From Squalus acanthias (lineage: Eukaryota), in NCBI GenBank assembly GCA_030390025.1, contig CM059433.1, forward strand, positions 12,836,001-12,900,000: a stretch of DNA of 64,000 bases. The letters run 5' to 3'. The notes under the pieces are model-generated. The model saw nothing but the letters and a program-made list of their open reading frames with translations, was not told the origin of the DNA and did not search any database. Shown in pieces: positions 26,011 to 39,919 of this stretch (positions are counted from its first letter, which is position 1; each line of letters begins with the position of its first letter). Position numbers and translations under genes: made by a program.

Positions 26011-26539
26011 ATCTACCTCTGCTGATTTCACGGTAGCTTGGTTTGGAGACTCTTGAGAATGGTGATGGTTTTTTTTCCGCATGTCAACATCCAGATGATC
26101 AAACTAAAATGATCAATTCCTTCATGCTGACATCTAGCAATCATATTTATATACCTTTATACTCGTAGGTCATTTGGCATGTTAGGAGCGCGGCCATATT
26201 TTGGTTCTCTTTGTCGAATTAGACCTGGAATATTGTGGACATGGGTAGAGAGCTGACATTGTCAGCCACCTGCTGCCATGCTGTCTTCACCATCATGTTG
26301 GAAACCCCAAACGGAGAATGCTGTAATCTTACTCACTTAGGCCTGGATAGCTTCATGCATAAACATGAGCTTGCAACTTTGGCGTAAAGCCATAACTTTG
26401 CTTATTTACAGCTGCACTAATGATTTTTTTTGCCTTTTAACCATTTGAATAGTTTGGTCAGCTTCTTGGGCAGTATGAGAAGAGGTACCTGTTAAAGGTA
26501 ATGGATCAAGAGACAGACCTTGGGGGTAATAGTTGAATA

Positions 26540-26929
26540 ATCTTATTGAAACATATAAGATTCTGAAGGGGCTTGACAGAGTAGATGCAGAGAGGATGTT
26601 TCCCCTCGTGGGGGAATCTAGAACTAGGGGCATAGTTTCAGAATAAGAGATCGCCCATTTAAAACGGAAATGAGGAGGAATTTCTTCTCTCAGAGGGTCG
26701 TGAATCTTTGGAATTCTCTTCCCCAGAGAGCTGTGGAGGCTGGGCCATTGAATATATTTAAGGTGGAGATAGACAGATTTTTGAACGATAAGGGAGTCAA
26801 GGGTTATGGGGAGCGGGCAGGGAAGTAGAGTTGAGGCCAAGATCAGATCAGCCATGATCTTATTGAATGGCGGAGCAGGCTCGAGGGACCAAATGACCTA
26901 CTCCTGCTCCTAGGTCTTATGTTCTTATG
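26540..26929 (+). mobile_element. CR1 3' fragment
   Basis: LIETYKILKGLDRVDAE...RRNFFSQRV and tail cttatgttcttatg. Confidence 0.9.
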
Positions 26930-27076
26930 CTCAATCAGTATGCCTTTTTAAATTTAAACCATAAGGAGATAAAACGAAAAAAAAAAAAATTCTATGAGTT
27001 GTGCCCCTTTCTAGAGAGGCCCAACTCATAGAAAACTTAAACAAAAACAAAGGAAACTTATCACTTAAATAATAAT

Positions 27077-27745
27077 CTTCTGCTCTTCTTCTTAGGCAGT
27101 CCCTCGGAACCGAGGATGACTTGCTTCCACATTAAAAATGAGTTCTCAGGTGACTGATGAGTCCGATGCGGGACCTACAGTCTCTGTCACAGGTGGGGCA
27201 GACGGTGGTTGAAGGGGCGGGTGGGTGGGGTGCTTGGGTTGACGTGCGCTCCTTGCGCTGCCTGCGCTTGGCTTCCGCTTGCTCCCGGCGAAGAGACTCG
27301 AGGTGTTCGGCGCCTTCCTGGATGCTTCTCCTCCACTTTGTGCGGTCTTGGGCCAGGGATTCCCAGGTGTCGGTGGGGATGTTACACTTTTTCAAGGAGG
27401 CTTTGAGGGTGTCCTTGAAGCGTTTCCTCTGCCCACCTGGGGCTCTCTTGCCGTGCCGGAGCTCCGAGTAGAGCGCTTGTTTTGGGAGTCTCGTATCGGG
27501 CATGCAGACAATGTGACCTGTCCATCGGAGCTGATCGAGTGTGGTCAAAGCTTCGATGCTGGGGATGTTGGCCTGAGCAAGAACACTGACGTTGGTGCGC
27601 CTATCCTGCCAATGGATTTGCAGGATCTTGCGGAGTCAGCGTTGGTGGTACCTCTCCAGTGCTTTGAGGTGCCTGCTGTACATGGTCCATGTCTCTGAGG
27701 CATACAGCAGGGCGGGTATCACTGCTGCTCTGTAGACCATGTGCA
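27077..27745 (-). mobile_element. RTE LINE 3' fragment
   Basis: QLRWTGHIVCMPDTRLPKQALYSEL...KRFKDTLK...CPTCDRDCRSRIGLISHLRTH; (AAG)n tail; 11-bp TSD TAAATAATAAT. Confidence 0.9.
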
Positions 27746-28529
27746 TAAATAATAATATGAATTACACTATCCACCATGCCCTCCAGTCCCTGCGGTGTCC
27801 AACGATCACAGAAGACCTCAAGCGTACCAGCAGAGACAGCGTGCTCATTCCCCAGGGTCACCCGGCTAGACCTCGCCTGCTCCTCGAACGTTGTCATGGG
27901 ATCTTTTACATCCACCTGATAGGGCAGACGGGGGCTCAATCAGTATGAGATGGCTATAAGGAAGGCAAATATGATTTTAGGTTATATTGCCAGGGCCGTT
28001 AAGTATAAAACAAATCAGGCTAAAAATGCGATTGCGTAGCGCCCGTTGTTTGGCCGCCATGGGTGCCATTTTGGGTTGAAAATAGTGTCCGAGCCGTCTG
28101 CGCGCACCTCCGTTGCAAGCCGCGCCAGACGCCATCTTGGTGAGGGCATTAGTGTCGGCGCTGGGGGCGTGCACCAGAAGTATGTAGAGTAGGCAGATCG
28201 TGACATCAATCAGCGTGCAGTGCTGATTTGATGCCAGCGCTGACATTTTCGTCCTCAACACTGGAACTAACGCCCTGTATTAGCCTTGTACAGCTGAACA
28301 TGTGTTCAGCAGCTGCAAGGACCCCCTACCAGCGATTATTTAAAGGGATCATCAACCACTCTCAGGTCAGTTGCTCATTAATTCCTACTGGTTCTGTGTA
28401 AGTTTGTGGAAGTGTTTGGAGCTTTGTAGAATTGTTTAAAGTTGGTGAGGTGACAGGGAGCAGTGCTGCAAGTGGAGAAGGCTTTGCTTCTGACTTCAAG
28501 GCTTCTGGTCAGACCACTTGCTCCCAGTC

Positions 28530-29715
28530 ATGGGTGCTCTAGTTGTCACCCCCCTTGGCCTGCAGCATGACAGGGAGATGGAGAAGAGGCAGTGAACAAG
28601 AGTACAATCTGCTCACAGAGGGAGGAGGAGGAGTGGGAGAAGGGCTCTCAGCAGGTGGCCTTACCCACCTAGGGTCTTTCAAGAGCGATTCTCTTACCTC
28701 AGCCTGAGCCAGGAGCAGTGTGTGAGGTGTCTGCGCTTTACGAAGGAGGTGCTCACAGAACTCTGTCACCTCTTGCAACCAGACCTGCAGCCTCACATCA
28801 GGGCAAGGACAGCGCTGCCAGTGGCTGTGAAGGTGACCGTGGCCTTGAACCGCTTTGTGTCGGGATCGTTCCAGGCTGGAGCAGGCGACATCTGTAACAT
28901 CTCCCAGTGGGCCGTCCACTGCTGCATAAGAGAGGTGACAGACGCTCTTTATGCCAGGAGAGGGGAGTTCATTGTCTTCCCTCTGACCAGAGAGAAGCAG
29001 GTGGAGCGTGCACATGGCTTTGCCAGGATAGCGGGCTTCCCCATGGTGCAGGGCGCCATCGACTGCACGCATGTGGCTTTGCGGGCGCCCCATCTAAATG
29101 CTGAGATGTACCGCAACCACAAAGGCTATCACTCGCTGAATGTGCAGTTGGTGGGCGACCATGGTCAGCACATCATGATGGTGAATGCTCGGTATCCTGG
29201 CAGCAGTCATGATGCTTTTATTCTTCGCCAGTCCAGTGTTCCCTCAGTCTTTGCGCCAACAAGAAAAACCGTAGGGTGACTACTGGACGACACTTGGCTC
29301 ATGACTCTGCTCCGCAACCCAACCACACACGGGCAGCTTGTGTACAATGAGAGCCATGCTGCCACATGGAATCTGATAGAGCAGACCATTGGCATCCTTC
29401 AACAATGCTTCCACTGCCTGGAACGCTCTGGAGGAGCCCTGCAGTACTCACCAGAACGTTTCTCAGGATTCAATGTGGTCTGCTGCATGCTCCACAACCT
29501 TGCCATCATGAGGACACAGCCCTTGCCACCAGGCATACAGCGACCAGCTGAGGAGGAGAAGGAGGAAGAGGAGGAGGAAGAGGAAGAGGAGGAAATGGAA
29601 GAGGAGGAGGAGTAAGGGGAAGAGGAGGAGGAGGAAGCGGAAGAGAGGAGACAACCCAAACATTCCCTTTCTGCCCGTCCTGTCTGTGATTGACTCATCC
29701 AACTGTGGTACAAGT
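28530..29715 (+). pseudogene. Harbinger DDE transposase (HARBI1-like), frameshifted
   Basis: GAIDCTHV, NHKGYHSLNVQLV, ARYPGSSHDAFIL, LIEQTIG, CCMLHNLA and an acidic tail; stop and deletion near the second catalytic D. Confidence 0.88.
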
Positions 29716-29886
29716 GAACGCAACCCCAATTCCCCATTGAACAATAGTTCCAAGTGTTACCTTCCCTCTGTTACTGACCATCACAGTGTTCTCTTGACCA
29801 CTATGCTACAATAAAAGCCACCGCAAAAGAAACAGTCCAATCCAACTTTAACCATCAATCCATCCAATATTACATAACAAAGTCAA

Positions 29887-31811
29887 CTAATCACCCTTGT
29901 GCTTTCCCTTAGTGCCTGTCTTTCGTGTGCCTTTGCCTATCCTGGTGCTTCTACGAAGTGCTACCCCAGTAGCTGCAGCATGGCTGGTGGAAAGCTGCTG
30001 ACTTTCAGTGGGAGAGACAGCAGATGGCCTTGCAGGATGACCTTGAGCACCTCTGGGCTTAGAAGGCCTGGCTGTGGACTGTACCACCTCGGCATGGGCG
30101 GCAGCAGTCTGGACTGGCTGGCTGACAGCCAACAGCAAGGGCACTAGCAGAGTGGCAGTGGTGGGAGGACGAATGCCGCTATCCTGAGAGAGGACAGCAG
30201 GTTCGTGCTCCGCGGAGCCACTACCACTCACAGGGGTGGTGCCTCAGCATTCCTAGCCATCTGTTGGAGGACAGATTGCTGGACTGCTGTGACACCCTGC
30301 TAGCCCCTTTCCACACTGGTAAACGCAGCCACGATGGCAACAGTGTGAGCTTGTGTGGCAGCAAGCTGAGCCTGCATGAGAGCAGTCTGAGCTTCCACTG
30401 CTGCACTCAGACGTTGGGTGGCTGCTACTTGTGCTGCAATAGAAGCTGAGACATCGGCCATCAGACATTGCATCATGGTTGGGTCTACAAGTGCACTAAT
30501 GGATCTGCCCACCCCCTCCATTCTGGAAATCATGGACTCCACGCTCTGCTCAAAGCCCTGTGAAAGGTTGGTGCCGGACTCCTCCATGCTCCTTGACATT
30601 TCGCTCAGGCTTTCTGGCAGGCCTGCCAATGCACCAAGCATTTTGTTGTGCACACCCATCTGAGTTCTTCTGTAGCTGCCCCATCAAAGTCCTCATCTGA
30701 GTCCTCTGCAGCAGAACCCGTATGTGACCTCGCCCTCCAGAGAGCTGGTACCTGCGCTACCCTTTCCCCCTGCCCTGGCTGCAGCCCACTCATGTCCGGT
30801 AACTCACCATGTGCAGATCCTGCCTCTAAGCTACCCTCTAAACTCCGCACAGTGCCAGTATCTGAGCTGGTGGCTGCGAGTATCAGATCAAGTAATGCTG
30901 TTCTTCTTCATCACTCTCCTCTCCCTCTTCTTCTTGAACCACTGGCTAGGCAGGTTAGATTTCGTGGGTCTCTGAAATGAGAAAGCACACGGTGGGGTTG
31001 TGTTGAGGGGAGGGGGGGTGGGGGAGTAAGAGTTGCATGCTTACACCATGTGCAGCTTGTAAATCAGAAGAGATTGTGGGACGAGGGGGAAGTGGATGTG
31101 AGAAGGAGGATAACGTAGGAGGGATTCTTTCAGCCCTGCCACTGGCCACGGGCTCAGTCATGCCCCTCCCAAGAATGGTCAGCACCATCTCCTCCATGGG
31201 GGTGAGGCTATGCAGGCGAGCCTGCCCCCCCCCCCGCCCTCCCCACCAGTTAGGTTCTGCTGCCGCCGGTTATGTGCCACCTTTTCCTGCAAGAGAAAGG
31301 GGAGTGTGTCAGTAAGTGTGGTGCAATGTGTTTGGGTGCTATGCCTGTCATGGTTGAATAGCTGACAGTGTGTGCAAGCTGTGAGATGTGGGTGTAAGAC
31401 TTGCAGCAGTGCTAAGTGTGTGAGGGTGAGGTGTAGCTATGAGTGTGAGGTTTGAGTCGTGTTTGGTAGAGATTGTTGGTAGGTGAGTGACGGGGGTGTG
31501 GTGCTTTGAGCAGTGTGTGAGGCGAGTGCTGCAGATGGTGGGATATGGCATTTAAAGATGAATTCACTGACCTCAACTACTCATGTGAGATCATTAAACT
31601 TCTTCCTGCACTACGTCCACATCCTCGGGGCTACACTGCTGGCATTCACCACAGTGGCTATCTGTTCCCACTGCACTTTGGTCTGTTGCCTGGAGGGTCT
31701 CCTGGCCATTTGTGGAAAGAGGACCTCGCTCCTCCTATTGACCTCCTGCACTACTGCCTCCAGTGCTGCATCGGAGAACCTTGGTGCACGCTCGCTCCCC
31801 TGTTGTGCCAT
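29887..31811 (-). pseudogene. Harbinger Myb/SANT-like gene, 3 exons, with stops
   Basis: Exon 1 (31811-31572) MAQQGSERAPRFSDAALEAVV...W...CRKKFNDL; exon 2 from 31286 EKVAHNRRQQNLTGG; exon 3 from 30971, coiled-coil-like, ending ...RRSTR. Confidence 0.78.
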
Positions 31812-32243
31812 CAGTAATTGCTTCTTTTCCACTCTCTTCCCCAGCCAGTTCAATGATCTGCTGTAGACAGAATGTACCTCCCCTTTTAAGAGGCGCAGAC
31901 TGCCTGTAAGAGGTGCAGGCTAGCTTTAAGTGGTGCGAGCCTCGCACAAACTTGGGGCCCCCCTGCTGAACGTTCAGCCACTCAGCAGCGCGTTCAGCGC
32001 TGGGCTGAATGCCACAATCATGGAAATGAGCAGGCAGCACGCAAACTTCGTGCTCCAAACAGGCACGTCGTGATCCCCACGTATGTTTTCGGGGGCGAAC
32101 CAATTTCTCGGCCATAGTATTATACTTAGGTTATATAAGGCTTTTATATATCTATTCTTGGAAAATTGTGTCCAGTTTTGGTCCAAGCACATGACAAAGT
32201 ATATCAAAGAAAAGTGCTGAGGAGGGTTAGTAGTATGACACCT

Positions 32244-33016
32244 AGGCCCGTATTTTCCGACCCCCACGGGTGTGTACGAGGTGCGTATGCACACGTCGGG
32301 GCCTCGCAAGTGCCGGTTTCAGGAATGCGAAGCGGATGCGCTGAAAACCGGGATTTCCGGTCTGTCAAGAATCCTCTTGACAGATCCTCCGCCTGCCCTG
32401 GAGAAGGGCCTCCGTGGGGGGAGAGTTCCGCTTTCTGCAGAACCCCCGCCCGCTGAAATCCTTTAAAAATCTTACACCTGGTAAAAGCAAGCGTAAGGCC
32501 TGCTTTTACCAGCAAAAGAGTTTAAAAAAGTAAAAAATTGTTTTTTTTTCACTCATTTTATAATTTAAAAATACTTTTAAAAAAGGTAAGTTTATTTTTA
32601 GCCTGTAAAAAACTTTAATTATTTTTTTCAAAAAATTACATTTTTGTTAAAAATATTTAATTTAATATAATTTTAACTCATTTTAAATACGTAATTTAAA
32701 AAAAAAATTGTCTAATGTTTTAGTGTGTTTTTAGAGTGATCCCCATTCATACTTTTGACGGGTCTAAGCGGAGAGACCTGTCAAAAGTGTGAAAGGGGAT
32801 TCCCTTCTTCCATTGGTTCCCCATGGCCCACCTGATCCCAGGGACGCTTGCGAACCGCCTGCGCCCCTGGGATACCTGGGCCTCTGCGCGCGCGGACCAG
32901 GAGAGGCCCAGGAGCGGAAGTCTCGGGACCTACGGAAACCAGCAGGTAAGTTCGTAGATTTTTCCAGATCGGAGGCATCCGCCCGCAGGAAGCCTCCGAT
33001 CGGAAAATCCGGCCCC
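32244..33016. mobile_element. MITE with GC-rich arms and AT-rich core
   Basis: Imperfect TIR AGGCCCGTATTTTCCGA/TCGGAAAATCCGGCCCC; sits in the same CR1 remnant; TSD unclear. Confidence 0.72.
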
Positions 33017-36000
33017 ATGTCTTATCACGTTAGGACTATTGGCACAGAGAATCTGTAAGCTTTCTGACTCCAACGGTGCTGAAACCAATTACTACCCTAG
33101 CTGAGATCAGCAATTTCAGCGTTGACTGAAAATCAGACCTAGGACCTTCTGGTTTGCATTGCTTAGGACTACACCAGGTTGTTCCTTTATCAATTGGCCA
33201 TGGGAGGAGTTTCCTCGTGTTCTTATAATATAATCCATGTGATTCATTTTGCATGAGAAAATATCACACTATGAGAAAAAACCATCATTAGGTGCCTGCC
33301 ATCGTTCTGACGCACGGGTCTGCCCTGATAATTCTCTTTTAACATAATTTATGTTTTTTTTTCCAAATATGAAACAATTCGATTTGTGCAAAAATAGTGG
33401 AAATTTCATACTCAACACAATATAAAGGGCTATGCCTCCCCCATTTCTCTTCCAAAAGGAAATAAAAAATTGGAACAGTCTTGCTGTTCTCAAATCTTAA
33501 AACGAGTATACCAATAATCAAGTCCAGAAACAAAAACCCAGCTCCATTATTGCCAGCTCTACTGTGTTATCTGTCACTTCTCCTAAGAATATTCTTGCTG
33601 CCTTTCAAGAGCTGAGTTTTCTAGCTACGAAGGGTGATCTTTCTAGTCTTTCCTGAGATTCCTGCTCCTGCTCCTTTCTCTCATTTTGTGTGCCACATAC
33701 TTTATACACTCCGGAAGGATAATTTCTTCCATCGTTTTACTTAATATTCAACAGCTCCAGTTATCACAGGCTACAGAAACCACAATAGTGCACCTATCAT
33801 CACTGATAGAAAAGCTCTAATGTTATGCTTTCTGAGGAATAATTATGCATGTAAATAAAAAGCAAAATAAAATCTATTCAACCTGACAATGAACTGTAAG
33901 CAACCAGCTAATATTTTGAAATTACTATTAATAGAGGAAGGCAGGAAGCTAATTTGGGATCAAGCATACCTGAAGCATTTCTGTGTTACCTTGTCAGAAA
34001 TAATGCTTCTAATGACAGTGGTATAGTTTGTGATAATAACAAGAGCCTTAAATTAAACTGAACTGGCAGCTATGTCATTGGTCACTGAGCTTAGGGCAAG
34101 GTATTCTGACAGTTTTAGGAGAAGTTCTCTTCAAGCCAATTCTAAAAAAGAGGACATAAAAATTAACCATCTAACAGCCCCTAAAGTCCAAGACATTTTT
34201 TTTTTTTGCTAGCCATCCTGTTGCTGCCAGAAGTGCAAATTCTAATAGAGAAATAATAGCTCTTGACTGCCAACCCTTGTCTATTGGAGAATGCATGACA
34301 TTCTGGAGATTAATTAAATATATGCAACCCAGATACGCTATTAATTCCCGTTTCTGCCTTTTATGCTCAATTATTCAAACTATTTATCGAGCTATTTAAA
34401 AGTGTTTTCAGTGATAAGGAAGAGGAGCAGATTTATTTATTTCAGCTCTGACAGGTTTCCCAGCTGCTCGGGTAATATATGCTTTCATTTTATTCAGAAG
34501 GCGAGATGAAGAGCCCAGGCCCATAGTGCAGGGCACCATCAAGATTGAGAGAGTAGGAGAGAAGACTAAATAAATCAAGTAGTGATTAGGTGAGGCCAAG
34601 TTTTTGTTTGAAAAAATCTGTAAATTACAGGAGGAAGGGAAGATTGAATTTAACTGCTAACTGACTGACCTTGAAATCATAGCTGGGCGTGCATAAGGTA
34701 TTCGCGTGAATCGATCCTACTGAACGTTAGTGAATGACGACCATACTGAATATTAGAAGATAAAGAAAATCTGATGATCTGACTGGTTTGTGAGCAAACT
34801 ATAATCCTTGGGACAGTCCCAGGCAATTTTAAATTCCAAACTGATAGCCATGCGTATTTCACAACTATTGTACCTAACCATGGCTAGAGTGTGCAGTAAG
34901 GTCAGCTCTGTCATAATGGGGGCCTCAAATTGATTAAAACGTTTGATCCGCTATTGTCTTTTAATAACCTCTTTGTCCCCTGTCGTAATATTAAAATATG
35001 CCCACGCGGCTGGTGACATCCTTCACGGTTGACGTTTCTGCTGGATGAATGGCTCCATCCTTGGCGCTAGACAAAGTGGGAAGCTTGTCACAGACTGAAC
35101 TGATGAGAGATATGCAGTAAGGTGGTTATAATAAGACACAGTGCTGTGTGTCAGCGTTAAATATTCCAGAGAATCAGAAAGTCATCATCATTGTTCATCA
35201 AATCTTCACTTGGTCTCTTAAACAGTTTTTAACTGTTTTCCTTTAAATTGCCGAAGACCTCAGTTGATCAAATAAAGACGCTTAATTGAGTTGCCGAGGG
35301 AAGTCCAAGTCTTATCGGATCATTCAGTCATGATGGCAACCATCCATCATTTCAACGGCTTCAAGAGTGACCTTAGTGGAATAATGCCAATTATAAGCGA
35401 CAAAAAGAGAAATGGCAACAATGACGGCAGCTGGTGATTGTACTGTGTAAACTCAGTTTACTCAAAGCACATACATGATGGATCTCAATACCATCTCCAT
35501 TATTTCTGCCTCAGAACGCTTAAAATTCAAAAAGCGTTTGTATTTTCAAGTGGCAGTGAAAGACTCGGCAATCCTCCCACTGTTCTGCTGTCAGAAAGGA
35601 GTCTTAAGACCAATCAGCATTTCTGTTTTACCTGGTCTATTCCAGATATACCCAGTCCGTATAGCAGCTTACATTTCTCAGATTCAACTTGCCTATTCTC
35701 AGTAGACTACTCATTTAGGGTCTTGAGTCAGTGGATTAAACACTGACCACTGCTGACTTCATTGCACTGTGAGAGACACAACGACAGACGTTCAGTGATT
35801 TCAGTGCATGGAACTTTTCTGACACTCTGCTCTTGTAAATGCTAATAGGAGTAGCCATCATTTGATTTCAGCTTCTCTAATGATTCTAGATTATACTGTT
35901 AGCTCTTTACTGATACACAGAAGAGAAGAGGACAAGGCAGCAAGACTGGTTTACTTGACAGTTTAATCATGAGAGCTGTAACAAAGTCAGTAAGAACAAA

Positions 36001-36099
36001 GGGATGTAGACAAAGGGAGGAAGGCTATTAGAAACACAATTTAAAGCAGCGTTACCGATTATTTTAGGTCATGCAGACAGTAGTAGTATTTGAAAAATA

Positions 36100-38050
36100 A
36101 TATTACAATTGTGTCAACTGACAAATGTGTCTTTTTCTTGCTTTTGTCTGCTTTAGACACCCAAGGGGAGGGGGATCTAGTTGGGATGGGGAGGTGGAGG
36201 GTGGGGGGCGGTGGTGGGGGGGTTGGTTGTTGGGGGAAGAGGGCAGGGCTCTATTCCAATTAACCTTCAGGTTGAAGAGGGCATGGTCTATTCCAACCGA
36301 CTTTCACTTTGCAATCAACTATCAGATGCTGAATGTCAGCTGCTATTCCCCCGTGGAAGAATTCCTGCCCATGTTCCCCTTGGGTACCTAAACCAGACAG
36401 AGGGAGGAAAAATTCAGAGCTCAGATTCGAGCTTGCCCTCTGGTGAGCTGTTTCCTGGGCCACCGTTTCCACCTGCACTTGCTCCTGCTCACTTGTGTTC
36501 ACTGAATCACCCATTGCGGATCCCTTTAACTCACTTTCTATCGTAAGTGAGGTGCCAAGTTCGGCACTGGTGCTTGAAAGGGTGAGGGTGCATCGTCAGG
36601 AAGGCTCTCCTCTTCAATGTGGCCTGAGACATCTGATGGACCTAGAAAGGGGTGAGAGGGACAATGGTTAGCACGTAATGGCAAGGGTAAGCAGTAGCAG
36701 ACAATTGGCAGCGTTATGAACCAGGTTGTTCTGCTGAGCGTGTATGAAAGAGTTAAGTATAAAGGAAGAAGGAAGGGTAGAAGAATGGAAGTGGGGTAAT
36801 GCTTGCCCTGTTGGAGGGTTTTGCAGACACGTGAGGCAGCTTAGCATAGTGCTCATGATGAGAGGAAGGAACAGCTGCTGTGGGCAAGATGAGGAAGTCA
36901 TTGTGAGGGTTGTAGCAGGTCCTGAGTGGGTAAGTACAAGCAGAGGAGGTTTGGTGAAGTGTCCTGTTCTATTGGAGGAGAGGCATAGGATACCGGGGAG
37001 GGAGGATTCGTCGTACTGGGACTAAGATAAGGTAGTGCAGGGTTGTGCAGAGTAAGAGAGATGTGAAAGGCAGTCTTACCTTAGCAGTTCTGGTGAAGTT
37101 GTTCAATTTCATCCCGCATTGCTGCCATGTCCTAGGAACAATGCTCGTGGCATTTCTTGCTCCGCCACCTCTTTCCATCGCTGCTGAGAAATTTGCCTGG
37201 ACACCATCTGAAATTCTCTGCCCACTGCCCGCCCTATTTACGTGATGTACGAAAATTGACCTCATGATCTCAATATGTATGACATAGTGCCGTTCTCTTT
37301 GAAATATATGCCCCTAGAAGAAAAAAAAATTCCAGAGCAAACCTTGAGGCCAGCAGTCCTCCTACAGCTATACGCTGTTATTTCCTTTGGGGAAGGTGCT
37401 TTTCTTTTTTTCAAATAGAAAATAGCACAGTTATGTCTGCCCATGGATGACTGAGTCATTTGAAAGTATAATTAAAAAAAACAAAGAAAATAAGTCAATT
37501 CGAATAAAGAAATAAAAAGATCAGCATAACAGAAGTGAAAACAAAAAATAAAAACGGGTTTGGGTATATTGCCTTCTTTAGGAATATATGTTGAAGTTCA
37601 CTCAATTAATTTTGTGCCCATCAAACTGAGGGCTGCAGCCTTCAGTTGGATTGGGACTCACCGATTCAACATTCCTACCTGGTTGGGAATGGCGATGAGC
37701 ATGTACCTCCCCCAAAGGGCATGGAAGGCCATGAGGAAGAAGTGCCGCGACTGGGGGAGCGCACCCAAGGTAATGCAGAGGTGGAACTGCAAGCCATGCA
37801 GCCACTTACTGTACACTAATCACCAGCACCATTTATAGCTGCAGCTCATGATATTCAGTTCTTCAAAGGGTAACTGACATCAGTTGTCAGGGGGGACAAA
37901 TTTAGGTGCCTCCAAAATGCATGCCGCCCGTCACCTGACAGTATGCCTATGAGTGTGCATGTTGGTGAAAGGTCATTCAACAGCAGCCTCCAAGCACAGG
38001 CAAAAGAGCAGTCAAATGGCCATGGTATCTTTACCAGCACCAGACCCTGT
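36100..38050 (-). pseudogene. Highly degenerate Harbinger remnant
   Basis: Myb-like NATSIVPRTWQQCGMKLNNFTRTAK followed by a GTAAG donor (~37080-37150); GDSVNTSEQEQ resembles exon 3 of the other copies; weak VSYPLKNW transposase trace. Confidence 0.45.
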
Positions 38051-38692
38051 TACAAAGAAAATTGAGTCGAACTTTAATGTTTCAAAGGATGGAAAATTGA
38101 TACTCTTTAAAAAAAAAACACACATAAAAGATATCTGGTCTGATACAATTGAGAAAATATAAGTATTTTCAAACATTGGCAGACCTTCTTGAACTTAAGT
38201 GAGCTACGACACCTGGTACATTTTTAGAGCTTCACCAGATATGCTCTTGCTCTCAACATCAAAGACCATTACTACAAGCGAGTCCTGACTGACTGCGGGA
38301 GAGGCGGGCGACCTCATTGAGGTACTTAACTGCTCATTTACAGACCCTTAATTGCCTTTTTAACCTCAGGTTTGGGCTTTAACGGGTTGCGCATAGATTC
38401 ACGCACCTCGGGAACCTCGCCTGTGAAGGGGAGGCGGGAGCTGAGTGGCCATTGTGCGAGTTCATTAAGTGACAGCTGGAAAAAGCACATAAATACTCCC
38501 ACCTTACACCTGCTTCCTTGCCTAAGGGAAAGGCTCTTGCTGACACCATTTTGTGCAAAGGTTTAGCTTTCAGGAGTTTGCAGGTCATTTCTGCAACCTC
38601 GGAAGCCACTCTCATCACATTGCTAGTCACTATCAGAACATTGAAGGATTGTCCCTCCGATCTCCACTTTACCTGCCATCTATTAGATCAGC

Positions 38693-39919
38693 ATGGGTGC
38701 CGCTTAAGCTGTCTCACCTTGGACCTCAGAATCGGACCAAGATGAGCCCCAGCACCAACAACACCAGCCACACCAGCAGCAGCAGCAGCAGCAACCATAA
38801 CATCAGCCTTCTCCTCAATGACCTGATACTCCACAGGAGAGAAGAGGTCAGCACAGGGCTGCACCGTGCCGGAGGCATTACCCCCAACACAGGGTATACA
38901 GGCAGAGGATGAGCTTCCTCAACATGACTGAGCAGCAGTGCTTCAGGAGGCTCAGCCTGTCACGCCAGGTCATCACAGACATTTTCACATTGCTGGAACA
39001 AAACCTGCTGCCCAGAGGTCCTGGTGGACACTCCTTACCAGTGGCTGTCAAAGTCACCACCACCCTCAACTCCTTCACCTCAGGCTCCTTCCAGGGATCT
39101 GCAGCAGACATTTGCGGCATCTCGCAGTCGGCCGCCCACAGATGCATCACCCAGGTGACCGATGCCATGTTTGACAAGTCAGCCAATTATATCAACTTTG
39201 CCACTGATGAGGCCAGTGTTACTGAGCGGGCGCTCAGCTTTGCGGCTCTGGCTGACTTCCCACAGACGCAGGGCGTCATCGACTGCACACATGTGGCCAT
39301 CAAGGCACCCCATCATAACCCAGGAGTGTTTGTGAACCACAAGGGCTTCCACTCCCTCAATGTGCAGCTCATCTGCAACCATAAAAAGATCATCATGCAC
39401 ATGTGCGCTAGATTCCCTGGCAGCTGTCATGACTCTTTCGTGCTGCGCCAGTCCACCCTCCCTCAGCTCTTCACACTTCCAAACAGACTTACCGGCTGGC
39501 TGCTTGGAGACAAGGGCTATCCACTGAAGACATGGCTGATGACACCCTTGAGGAGGCCAAGCAATGAGGCCGAGGAGCGTTATAATGACAGCCACATGTC
39601 AACCAGATGTGTCATAGAGCAAGCGATCGGCATGATGAAGATGCCCTTCAGATCTGGAGAAGTCCTTCAGTGTGCACCAGCCAGGGTTTCCAGAATCATC
39701 GTCGTATGCTGCATGCTGCACATCATAGCGCAGCAGCAAGGATGGGAGCTGCAGGAGGAGCAAGGCATAGAGTGCACAGCCTCTGAGGAGGAGGAACAGG
39801 TGGAACACGAGGAGGAGGAGAAGGAGGAGGAGGAACCTGAGATGGAGATGGCACCAGCAGCGGCGCACATTGCTGCCCGGGAGGCCTGGGATGGCCTCAT
39901 AATGGCCCGATTTATTTAA
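38693..39919 (+). pseudogene. Harbinger DDE transposase; core 38909-39919 open, Gln-rich N-terminus with stops
   Basis: Catalytic triad visible (IDCTH, LLGDKGY, VIEQAIG); in-frame upstream ATG at 38693 is followed by stops; small deletion at MPFRSG. Confidence 0.88.

Larger units (their letters stand above)
23715..26011 (-). mobile_element. Penelope-like retroelement (Neptune-type), family 1, 5'-truncated
   Basis: Uninterrupted ORF with IKPADKGG, LPKIHK, GRPIVS, AMGTRMGP, RYIDD, Cys linker CTRRRCNTC and GIY-YIG (LVY...YIGET...RFAEH). 3' pLTR carries an HHR; TSD TCTACCTC (23707-23714 / 26012-26019). Confidence 0.93.
28018..32113. mobile_element. PIF/Harbinger element (~4.1 kb) with convergent transposase and Myb/SANT genes, decayed
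   Basis: Imperfect TIRs GGCTAAAAATG.../...CAATTTCTCGGCC; inserted in an old CR1 fragment (AIRKANMILGYIAR...KT | IILRLYKA). Confidence 0.85.

Noticed and set aside
26012..26082. N-terminus MRKKNHHH... of the PLE ORF
   Set aside because: Lies beyond the TSD; chance fusion with flanking DNA.
38909..39919. Domesticated HARBI1 host gene
   Set aside because: Lies in a transposon with a Myb partner and TIR, has upstream in-frame stops, and related decayed copies are nearby.
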